Assembly: GCA_043228905.1 (NCBI GenBank)
Contig: JBHGNT010000008.1
Location: forward strand, 20,088,001 to 20,152,000
Direction: 5' to 3'
Source: Azolla caroliniana
Lineage: Eukaryota > Plantae > Polypodiophyta
DNA: 64,000 bases
Shown here: positions 1-10,218 of the stretch, one piece after another
Numbering within the stretch: position 1 is the first letter of the stretch
Layout of the letters: each line of letters opens with the position of its first letter
Position numbers and translations under genes: made by a program
Notes under the pieces: model-generated
Told to the model about the DNA's origin: nothing
Database searches by the model: none
The model's input: only the letters and a program-made list of their open reading frames with translations

Positions 1-360
1 CTCACTTACATCCCGTCTCATCGTGTCCAATTTTTCTTCTTTTAATGCTTCCTTTAACTCAATCTTGTTAAGGCGCTCATTTGTTTCAAAAGAAGCTCTT
101 TTACATTCTTGAATCTCTTCTTGAAGTTTTGCAACCACTTGTTTAAGACTTTCATTCTCAATGACAACACTTTGGAGCTTAGCATTCTCTTTCATTAACG
201 TCCTAATCTCTTCACCTTGCTTGTTTATGGTTTCTTGAAGAGAAATCAAGTGACTCATAAGCATTTTGGCCATTGCATTGGAATCGAGATTTGTTGGTGA
301 TCTCGGCTCATTATCAATCATACCCCTGAACTTTGCGGTGGCTTTACGAGTATTTGCCAT
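1..360 (-). CDS. Partial coiled-coil ORF running off the window edge; probable LINE ORF1 or other TE protein
   Basis: ATG at 360. Reads MANTRKATAKFRGMIDNEPRS...LQETINKQGEEIRTLMKENAKLQSVVIENESLKQVVAKLQEEIQECK... with no stop to position 1 and a heptad pattern. Absent from the ORF track because no stop lies in the window. Confidence 0.5.
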   Translation of the reverse strand, partial: MANTRKATAKFRGMIDNEPRSPTNLDSNAMAKMLMSHLISLQETINKQGEEIRTLMKENAKLQSVVIENESLKQVVAKLQEEIQECKRASFETNERLNKIELKEALKEEKLDTMRRDVSE

Positions 361-621
361 TTTAGGGACAAAACCTACAAGAAGAGAGAGATAGAGAGGG
401 AAGGAGAGAGAATGTACCTTTCACTCGATTTAGGGCTTCAAAATCTACCTTCCGTTTGAGGAACCATGGGGCAAAGATGGTTGCGGATGAAAATGCATAA
501 CTTCTTGCCAGGGTAACGGAAATTAGTAAATGAACATTCTTTAGAAATCTCTCTCAAAGAGCTTTCCAACGAGCTATAGAACGTAGAAAACAATGGCCGG
601 AGTTAACTTACAGAGACCTTT

Positions 622-624
<3 letters not shown>

Positions 625-668
<44 letters not shown>
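625..668. repeat. (AG)n microsatellite, at the point where the copia LTR is interrupted
   Basis: Pure AG run seen directly. Confidence 0.95.
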
Positions 669-669
<1 letters not shown>

Positions 670-3600
670 ACGATTACAAAAAATCAAAGAACTGTATTAC
701 CAAGGAATCAAGAATAACCAACAGTTACAAAGAGAGGGAAAATGTGCTTATGTCATCACCTTCTCTCTAAGTTCTCTCACTAGTACCGCCTCTTGGGAAA
801 GAGGTCGTATTTGAATTACTTAAAGAATATGTGTCATAGGACATTAATTTCTATGACACACTAGTTACTATACAAGGAGGTGCGGTGTTCACACACTTGA
901 GTATCCTAGAGTGTGTTCCCACTCATGGGAAGTTGATTTGGATTCTCAGAACGCCCCTTTAAACACAATTTCCGGCCGTTGGATGGTTGGTTCGAATTGG
1001 CTTTGGCTTCAAATGGCTGGTATACTCTTACTGCTCTGTACTCCCCCTCAAGCTCGGTAGGTCAATGGTCGAAACACCCAGGTCGATTGTGAACTGCCGC
1101 AGCTTGTCGATTCCCAAGGACTTGGTAAAGAGGTCGGTCGTTTGTAGGTTTGTGCTGATGTGTTGCAAGTCGACATCCCTGGCCAGAACTAGCTCTCAGA
1201 TGAAGTGATAGTGCACTTCGATGTGCTTAGTCCGAGCATGGAAGACTAGGTTTTGAGTGAGATGGATATTGCTCATGCCGTCGTAGTAGAGGAGAATTGG
1301 ATTCTTGATGGGAACGCCCAAATCCTTCAAGATTCTCTTGAGCCAAATGGCTTCACATGCAGCTACGACTGCACCCTTGTATTCGGCTTCGGTGCTCGAC
1401 AGTGCGATTGCTGGTTGTTTCTAACTACTCTACAATATGGCGCCACTACCGACAGAAAATTCAAATCTGGATGTTGATCATTGGTCGGCTCTGTAGCGGG
1501 CCCAGTTGGCATCAGTATATCCTTTGAGTCATATCGGTGTGGCTGTTTTGTAAAGGATGCCAAAATCCATGGTTTCACTCACATACCTTAGCACTTGCTT
1601 AGCACAATCAAGATAGATTTTGTGTGGATTTTGCATGAACTGGCTAAGAAGGCCGACCAGGTAGTTCAGGTCAGGCCGGGTAATTGTGAGGTAGATGAGG
1701 CTTCCGACTAGTTGACGATAGTGCGTCGGCTTACACTCTCTAGTGCCTAAGTCAACATCTAGTTTTAGATTTCTATCAAGAGGAGTAATGACGAGCTTAC
1801 ATTGTATCATCCCAAACTTGTAAAGAAGATTGATGATATATTGCTTTTGAGAAAGCATGATGTTGTCTAGAGTCTGAATTACTTCTATTCCTAGAAAGTA
1901 ATGGAGCTCTTTCATATTGGTCATTTCGATCGGCTGGAGAGGAGCTTCTTGATATGCTCAATATCCGCTAAATGGTCTCCTCATATGACCAAGTCATCCA
2001 CATAAATGATGATAAATACTTGTCCTCTGGGGTCACTCTGGATGAACAGAGAGTTGTTGAACCTAGACATGTTGAAGCTGATTTAATGAAGATATTGCGT
2101 TATCTTCGAATTCCATGCTCTTGGTACCTACTTCAGGCCGTAGAGAGGCTTTTTGAGTCAGTAAATAGCAGTCAGATGTGTAGTCGACACGAATCCAGGT
2201 GGTTGCACCATGTACACCTCTTTGTCTAACTCACCTTGTAGAAAGATGTTCTTTACATCCATTTGGTGGAGGTGCCACCCTTTTACTGCTGCAACCGCGA
2301 TCACAGTTCGAATTGTAGTCATCTTTGCTACCAGGACAAAGGTCTCTTCGTAGTCGACACCTTGCGTCTGCGCGTACCCTTTGCCAAAAGCCGGGCCTTC
2401 TACCGATGGACAGTACCATTGGTATTGTGCTTTACCTTGAAAATCCATCAGCATCCAATTGCCTTTTGGTGGTTTGAAGAAGGGATGAGATCCCATGTCT
2501 CGTTCTTGGAGAGTGCTTGCATCTCCTCATTCATCACTTCGACCCATCTCGGGTCCTTCGCGGCTTCAGAATAGTTTTCCTATTCTCAGACTGTCGACAC
2601 CTTCATCATGAATGCATAATGATATGCCATGTAGTCAATGTAGTCGAATCGACTGACTACGTTCTTTTCTCGGGTCGATCGACGTGGTTCTTTTGTTGTC
2701 CTCATGATGGGAACATCCAATCTACTAAACTCACTGTCGGATAAGTGAGTCAATTCATTTCCAACTAACTCTTCGTACTTAGGCCTTTTGGCCTTTCCTT
2801 TGTCCTGTTTCGAACTCAACCGCGATGTGATGTGGTCGCCTTGAGTCTCTTGTGGTTTACTCAACCTAGTTGAGATTGGACTTCCCTCTAATGTGAAACT
2901 CGGTCGATCATCCTCCTCCGCATCAGTGTCGAACTTCGTTTCGATTGTGTCAGATGGGGCTGATTCGAATGTATAGCTGGATGCTGACTTGTCCAATACT
3001 ACATCCGTACTCACTCATACCTTCTTGGTGGAAGGGTTGAAGCACTTATACCCTTTTTGCTCAATTGAGTACCCTACGAGAATACATTTCTCCGACTTGA
3101 GATCGAGCTTCTATCGCAGGTCCTCGGGGATATGTACATATGCAATTGAACTGGATATCATGACATGAGATAGATCCGGTTTCTTCCCATAGAACTTTTC
3201 CTAGGGGGTAACTTTGTGCACTCTTGATGTTGCGCATCGATTCATCAGATAAACGGTTGGATTCGCCGCTTCAGCCAATATGACTTTGGCATATGTTTCT
3301 CGTTCATCATTGCCCTTGCCACCTCAAGTATGTGCCGATTCTTGCATTCGGTTACTCCGTTCTGTTGAGGTGTGGCCAGCAGGTAAACTCTCGCCGAATT
3401 CCTTCTTGTCAAAGGTATGTTGTGAAGGAGTTGGAGAAATACTCCTTGCCATCGCCCGATCAAAGGCATCAGACATGCCAACCAGTTGCCTTTCGACTTC
3501 GTTTTTGAACCTTTGGAAGTGTCTGAACACTTCACTTTTCTGCCGCATGGGGTAGATCCAAGTATGTCTAGAGAAGTCGTTGATCAACTTTACGTAGTAC

Positions 3601-5421
3601 CGGCAACCACCAAATGTTGTCATCTGGGCTAGTCCGCATACATCCGAATGTATTACATCTAGGATCCCTTCGCTTGTGTTCTTCTCCTTTGGGAATGGTT
3701 GTCGGTGTTCTTTGCCGAATTAACAAGCTTCGCACACACCTGCAATTTCCTTTTTGGTGAAGGTGGGAAGTCCAGTGACAACTACTTTCGACTGCATTAC
3801 CTTGAGCTTTTGGAGATTGAGGTGACCTATCCTCTTGTGCCACAGTTCTATGTCAGCATCGGCTCTCTAGCCCTTGGCATATATTGCCGAGTTCATCTCG
3901 TGAGAGTCGAGGATGAACATCCAACCTTCTCTCCGACCCCTAGCGATGAATCGGCCTTGAACTTTTTCAATAAAGCATCCTCCATCATTGAAGAGGACTT
4001 ACATGCCTTGTTCAACCATCTGGTCGACTGAGACCAGGGTCTTTGTTATTGTAGGAACATGTAGAACGTTCTTGATGTATTTTTGGTTTCCTTCTTCCCT
4101 AAATGGAAAATTGCCGATATGTTGAATGGGGTAAATTGTGTCATCCCTAGTTTATACATAGCCGGGTCATTCGGGCTTTCGTAGCTCCTTGAACAAATCC
4201 TCGTTGGATTTCATCTAGTTCGATGCGCCCGAGTCGACAAACCATACATCTTCTGGTTTGGAGGTTTTGGTTGAGTTTGAGGTTGTCATCGAGTGCGTTC
4301 TGTGCCTCATCACAAACATTCTGCCACGATTGTCGTAGTCGGAGTTGGAGGCGTAGTTTGTGAGTTGTCGGCTTGTGGAGGCCGACTCAGTCTTGTTTTT
4401 CCGACACTCTGCCTCATAGTGACCGAATTCACAATCGTATCCACACTGAGCGAGATTGTTTGTCAGTTGGGTCCGGCCTAATTTCCCCCCCTTCTTCCGA
4501 ACGCTCCGCCTCGCGCGTTTGAACCATCTTGTTGGTAATAGAAATTATGTTCTCGGGGTTGCTCTTGGTTGTGTTGACCTTGGCCGAGTCAGCCTCTTCT
4601 TCCCCTACCTTGTCCTCTTCCTCCATTGAAGTTGGAATAGAGCATTTTTCCTTCTTGCGCATTGCTTCTTGTTCGAACATGATTCTCCTCGACCAACAAT
4701 ATCGACTAGAGATCGAAGGAGGGAGGATTCTCTCTCGGGAGGACTGCCGACCAAATGGCCCCGAACCGAGGTGCTAGGCCTATGAGGAAAATCTACATCA
4801 TTTCATCATAGTCAATGCTAACATTGATCGACCCGAGGGCATCACACAACTCCTTGATTTTCAAGGTGTAGCTGATGATTGACATGTCCCTCTGTTGTAT
4901 GCCGTTCAACTCTTGATGGAGTTGAAGCTTTCTTGCGGTCGTATTGGCCACGAAATCTTCTTGAGGTTCCCCCACACCTCCTTCGTCGTTTTGGCCTCTC
5001 GAATGTAGTCAAGCATGTGATCATGGACGCATGATGCAAGGCAGTACAATGCACGACTCGACGCTTACTCCCAAGTTGGGTAGTCGGCATGTGTTGGGTT
5101 GGGTTGATTCTCGTTTTCCCCTTCGACATAACTCCAATAGCCTTGGCCAACAAGGTATTGGTGCATCTTGTATTCCAAAGATGCAAAGTTGTTTCTGTCG
5201 AGCTTTTCGGTCGGAAGAGTGCTTCCCATTTGTGTGTTCATGTTGAGCTTCTTCTACTTCTTCTTGATGCGAACTGTGTAGATGGCTGCTACAACGATCA
5301 GTTGGTTCTTGTTGAACACAGAATCGGGCACAACACACTCAAAGAAGATGGGCTTCGATCAAGCAACCACGTGCTCTAATACCATGTAAAGAATCGGATG
5401 GATTTTGGGCAACAGAAGAAT

Positions 5422-5453
<32 letters not shown>

Positions 5454-5486
5454 CGCGAAGAGAGACAGACAGAGAGACAGAGAGAG

Positions 5487-5768
5487 ATTATATTATCGTC
5501 TTCGGAGGTCAAATATCACCTATGAGACCAAAAATATTACATTTCACGTGATACTGTGAAAGTGACTAGTGACTCTCGATGTTCAAGAACTTTACCAATG
5601 AATGTTGCAATCGAGAGTGCACATTGTGGTTGTGAGATGAATTCATGCAAGGATGGGGATCGGTCGAAGAGATGTGGAAAGCATGGTCGAATATGATCAA
5701 AGGCAGAGCATTGTATCAAAGTGTGATACTCAGATTCACGAACTTGTTTAGGGCAAAGTGTGCATAGC
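5487..5768 (-). mobile_element. 5'-truncated LINE 3' end inserted in the Copia-0 5' LTR
   Basis: Absent from the other LTR. Encodes LCTLCPKQVRESEYHTLIQCSAFDHIR (CCHC finger typical of LINE ORF2 C-termini), stop at 5537, then a short 3' UTR abutting (CT)n. Confidence 0.75.
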
Positions 5769-6190
5769 TCACGATTACAAAAAATTAAAGAACTGTATTA
5801 CAAAGGAATCAAGAATAACCAATAGTTACAAAGAGAGGGAAAAGGTGTTTATGTCATCACCTTCTCTCTAAGTTCTCTCACTAGGACCGCCTCTTGGGAA
5901 AGAGGTCGTGTCTTAACTACTTAAACAATGTGTCATAGGACATTAACTTCTATGACACACTAGTTACTATAGAAGGAGGTGGGGTGTTCACACACTTGAG
6001 TATCCTAGAGTGTGTTCCCACTCACGGGAAGTTGAGTTTGATTCTCAATAGGGGTACATACACATCGCCAAAGCATCACCACACCCACGAGCCATGGAGG
6101 TCAGCAGAAAAACCAATATAGCCGAACTCACAAATAAACAGGTTAACCAAATCTTGAATTTACAAAATGAAGGAGTTGATACAATGGACA

Positions 6191-6414
6191 CCCCAAAGAA
6201 AGAGATTCCAAAATCTTATTTTGGAGAATACTTAAGTTCAGCAAAGGCATACAAGACACAGGGTGTCATGATATGGCCTCAAAAGGAATTGAATCCACAT
6301 TGTATCATCCCAAAGAAAGAGATTCTCATAACTTATTTTGGAGAATACTCCACTTCAGCAAAGGCGTACAAGACATAGGGTGTCATGATATGGCCTCAAA
6401 AGGAATTGAACCCA
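6191..6414 (+). repeat. ~118-bp tandem duplication spanning a gypsy LTR junction
   Basis: cccaaagaaagagatt...gggtgtcatgatatggcctcaaaaggaattgaa occurs at ~6191-6297 and ~6309-6414. Confidence 0.9.
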
Positions 6415-6634
6415 TGACCTTATGTACGAGTTGAGGCCATACCATTAAGTTATTCATTGTACATTTTAAATTATTCTGGAACATTCTAGAAAGTTCAGGA
6501 ATACTATAAATAAATAGAGGCATATGGCACTATTCAGATCCAATTCAGTTCAACGCTAGTCTTAAGCCTCTTAACTATCTTTGTACTCATCTTCATAAAA
6601 TATACTTCTTGTTATCATACTTCTTTCTTTCACA

Positions 6635-6685
<51 letters not shown>

Positions 6686-7095
6686 GTGATTCTCCCACAG
6701 TCTTCCCCTCCTCTCTACACCTAGTACTAATTTTGATTGTACTCTCTCTCTCTCTCTAGTACTAATTCGTTTTTTCTATAGGATTACTCCTCATAGTTTA
6801 GACCGAATGAGCCTACTTTTCCTCCCTTCCTCTTATATTAATCTTCTTATCGATCCTTCCTCTAGCATTAAATTCGTACAAGTACATGTAAGCTAGGAAC
6901 TTCCAATGTTCAATCTACACTATATGAAGTTAAATTATATACAAGGATGCATATGTAGCTCAAGTGGTAGGGTTGCCCAATAGAGACTAGGAGGTCTTGG
7001 GTTCAATCCCTACCTTCTTTCCTGGCATATGTCTATGACAAGAATGCCAATCCGTTCTTGTCGGAGCTTCAGTGCTTAAAGGAAAAATTCGTAGC
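6381..7095 (+). mobile_element. Remnant of chromovirus-type gypsy: 5' LTR (~6381-6795), leader and gag start (7041-7095), interrupted by an inverted LTR fragment (~6880-7040)
   Basis: tgtcatgata start, 'gaacattctagaaa.ttcagga', TATA and (CT)n are collinear with the LTR at 47469-47879. 7041-7095 matches the gag start near 47350 (SELQCLKEKF). Confidence 0.75.
6949..7032 (+). ncRNA. tRNA-like pseudogene cassette (A box and B box) inside a gypsy LTR fragment
   Basis: gcatatg-ta-gctc-aagtggta-gggt...aggtc-ttggg-ttcaatc-cct...catatgt. Acceptor, D and T arms are recognisable, the anticodon arm is unpaired and the T stem carries a 12-nt insert. Not a functional tRNA. Confidence 0.65.
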
Positions 7096-7819
7096 TCCCA
7101 CATTGTGGGGTCGATCTTATCCAGTATCTTGTCCTTGAACTGAACCGGCAACCAAAGATCTTTAACCACCAGCATATCCCTCATCATCAACTTCGACACT
7201 GAGTAGTTGGAGCCGGTGAGCTTGAATATGCCGCCAAACGATTCTTCCATTTCCTGTGTTCGCTTTGATACCAGTTTGTAAGAAATAGTGCGGAATATTG
7301 CTCGGCCACAACCGAGTCTTGAATCACTTCAATGAGAATCAAACACGAAAATGGGGTTGGATATTAGTACATGTACACACACGAACAATAGAAAGTACAC
7401 AAGATGTTTACATGGAAAAACCTTCATAGGAAAAAACCACGGCAGCCCACAGACTCCAAACTATCACTATATAAGAAAGGTACAATCAGAGACTCGGCGG
7501 CAACGACCTCGGGCTTTGTAACTTCTCCAAGCGGCGGTTACAACAAAGTATCTCTCTCTCTATATATATACAACAGTTATACACATACTATGGCAACACT
7601 ATCTTCTGTGATTGCCCTAGTTCATATTTATATTGATATGAACTTAGGGCTATTTACAAATATAGCCTCAATAGGCTTACTCAAAACTTATTTACAAATA
7701 TGTCTTCTCTTCCGGTTCTCATTAGGTTCATCCGATCCAGTTTCCGGATCCCTTCCGATTCTCACCGGGTCCTCTTCATTCATAAGCGGATCCCATTCGG
7801 AGGGACCGACTTCCCAACA
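7096..7819 (-). mobile_element. Truncated copia: 5' LTR 7277-7819, PBS and gag start
   Basis: LTR homologous to 29050-29554. PBS tggtatcaaagc at 7262-7273. Gag MEESFGGIFKLTGSNYS from 7250. Confidence 0.88.
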
Positions 7820-8811
7820 AGAAAGAGAACCCTATGAACCATGTGACTACTATTACTACTACAACTACTATCCATTCATTCCACATAATCAAAACCTAAT
7901 TTCACACTCATGAAAAACCAACATTATTCATATAGTTAACAAAAACAATTTATACATTTGTCATATTGTGGTAATTGTAAGAAACATGTCAATCATTTTT
8001 TGAAGTTAAGGATTCATAACCAAATACAATCCTCAAGGCATTTGAAAAGAAACTTCGATCTGATTACTTGAAATATTTATGAACATTTGTCACATTTCTA
8101 GTTTGGGCGAATATTCAACCAAATAAATTGTAAAAGTTTAGCAAAACACGACGTTTATTAAGTATGTAATGGTACTATTAGAAGGAACACACTCATACAA
8201 ACGCAAAAGATATTAAAATAACACTTCTCATTTATCTTGTTTATATGTGTGAAAGATATTAGAAGCACCAAGGAGATTATGTGCTACTCTAGGAACATAA
8301 TAACATTGCTTTTCTGCCTCATAAAATATGGGATTTTAGATGTCACCACAAACATTGTCTTATAGATTCACTAGATGAATTTAATATGGAGATTTTGCCA
8401 TTGCAAATACATAAAAATGATGTTAATGCATTCATAAGGTTATACGTTAACGTTCTTATATTTGTTCATTAGTCACGGACCACAAAAAAAATGCTAATGA
8501 CGATCAATAATAGTTTTTACATGAGTCTTTTTTAGAAATATGCTTATAGTATGATGAACTCAAAAAATCGTAAGTAATGGATGTTACACCTATGATCTCG
8601 ATTAAAGGTATTTCAATAGATTGATTACATCCACGAGTTACTACACCTAAGATTAATTAATTAGGTAAGGAAACAAGAAATGTGGTTGCATTTCGAATAG
8701 TTTCCCTTAAAATGCCGGAATGTCAAACAATTGGAAAAACAAAGCTAATGACTTTGAATTTCATACACCTAAAAAAATATTGCTATTAAATTCAAATCAT
8801 TTGAAATGCTT

Positions 8812-8893
8812 TAGAAAAATATAGGGGATCGGTATAGCTTGTATGTTTAGCCTTATGGCGGTTTTCTAATACTAATGTAGTATCTTTTTTTGG

Positions 8894-8931
<38 letters not shown>
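8812..8931 (+). mobile_element. Short poly(A)-tailed retroposed insertion with 18-bp TSD
   Basis: aaatcatttgaaatgctt at 8794-8811 and 8929-8946 flanks ~80 bp plus ~38 A. The paralogous region near 26295-26345 lacks the insert. Confidence 0.85.
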
Positions 8932-8935
<4 letters not shown>

Positions 8936-9649
8936 TTGAAATGCTTGTGCGGTTACATTATAAAATCTTTAACTCTCAAATATAATAATAAAACTAATAT
9001 TAATACCAAACATAGTAAAACACACGCAACCTTAGTACATTATTGAATCTTTCAAATGTTGTAAAAACAAGGCTTTGTATGAGGTGTGAAGCTCGTGGAT
9101 GGAAGTTTGATTGAATGCATTGACCAACTAGGCATCATTTATTTCTATATGCAAAATTTAGAGATTTAGCACACCAAATAATCATATAGTACTCTATGTG
9201 CAATATGTGGATCATCTATTTTTTGTATGGATGATCAACCATGAGAGCAATAAAGGTATATTGCTTTCCAATTAGAAGCGGCAATGCATTGGTTTGAGCC
9301 GAAGCATTTTGTAGTAATCCACTTATTTCAATTGTTACCTCATGCAATACAATCACAAGTGCAACACTTTTTTTAAATATATATACACACAAGAGAGAAA
9401 TGGCTTTGTGTTTTAGGTTTGGTTGCATGTTTCTTCTTTTATGCAACCTCTAAATTTTTATATTATCAATAGTGTTATATATAGATACCAAACTTTGGCA
9501 GTAAGATATTAGGGCATTTTGAATGTGGTATTTTCAATTTGAATCCATGGAGCTTATTAAATGTGGTATTTCAATTTTGATTGCATATCATATTCCCCAA
9601 TAGATTCAAATGCTTAAACGACCTCATATTATGGGTGTATTAATCAACT

Positions 9650-10218
9650 AGCTTTATTAATAGATATAAGAATATAAGTGAAATAGAAACTCTTTGTTCA
9701 AACTATAGAAGAAGGTATCATTGGCGGCATGTCTAAAGTTGTCCCTACTCTATATCCACATATACTAGGTACGTGACTACCAGATCATGCACGATATCTC
9801 AAAACTAGGATGTTTAAACTAGATAACAACACGTTAATGATAAACATCGATTTCATATGTAAGAGAGGAGACTTTATTGTAGATAGAAGTGATCATCTTT
9901 TGTACTAAAATATTATAAAAAAATAGACAAAGACCTAATTACAAAATGTGACATGTTGAGATAAGTATCAGTTCAAAAATTTGTGCTGACTCGCGGAGTA
10001 AAGCCACCTATGACTCAACACATGTACTAAAGATCTCCACATCAATGTGGTTGAAAACATCAATTATTGCACCACATGTTTGAAACTCTAACCCAATACT
10101 TAGGTATGAGAGTATGTTCTTTAAAAAGGCGTTATGCCAAGCTCTAAAATTATAATGAAAGGGCCTTAATCATCACCTATCATATTAAATCTTGTTATTC
10201 TCATTGTACATAATCGCC
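9650..10218 (+). promoter_or_regulatory. Chitinase upstream/promoter block conserved in three paralogs
   Basis: Blocks gactttattgtagata, aaaatgtgaca..ttgagataagtat, aatgtggttgaaaac and aaaattataatgaa recur at 12436-13127 and at 27540-28019 plus 56709-56811. Confidence 0.65.

Larger units (their letters stand above)
625..6050 (-). mobile_element. Degenerate Ty1/copia element (Copia-0)
   Basis: 5' LTR 5385-6050 and partial 3' LTR ~625-951; 669-950 matches 5770-6049. PBS tggtattagagc (iMet type) at 5373-5384. Gag fragments (MNTQMGS..EKLD, LQLHQELN), integrase (TPQQNGVTECKNR), RT (QMDVKNIFLQG, YRQLVGSLIYL), RNase H. Many stops and frameshifts. Confidence 0.92.

Noticed and set aside
593-814. ER-repeat ORF
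   Set aside because: Translation of the (AG)n microsatellite and LTR.
6094-6378. 94-aa ORF with an internal repeat
   Set aside because: Explained by the DNA tandem duplication at an LTR junction.
6949-7032. Functional tRNA gene
   Set aside because: Anticodon stem does not pair, the T stem has a 12-nt insert, and it lies within an LTR.
7404-7913. 169-aa ORF (and similar ones at 29385, 34722, 54492)
   Set aside because: Antisense readings of the same copia LTR family.
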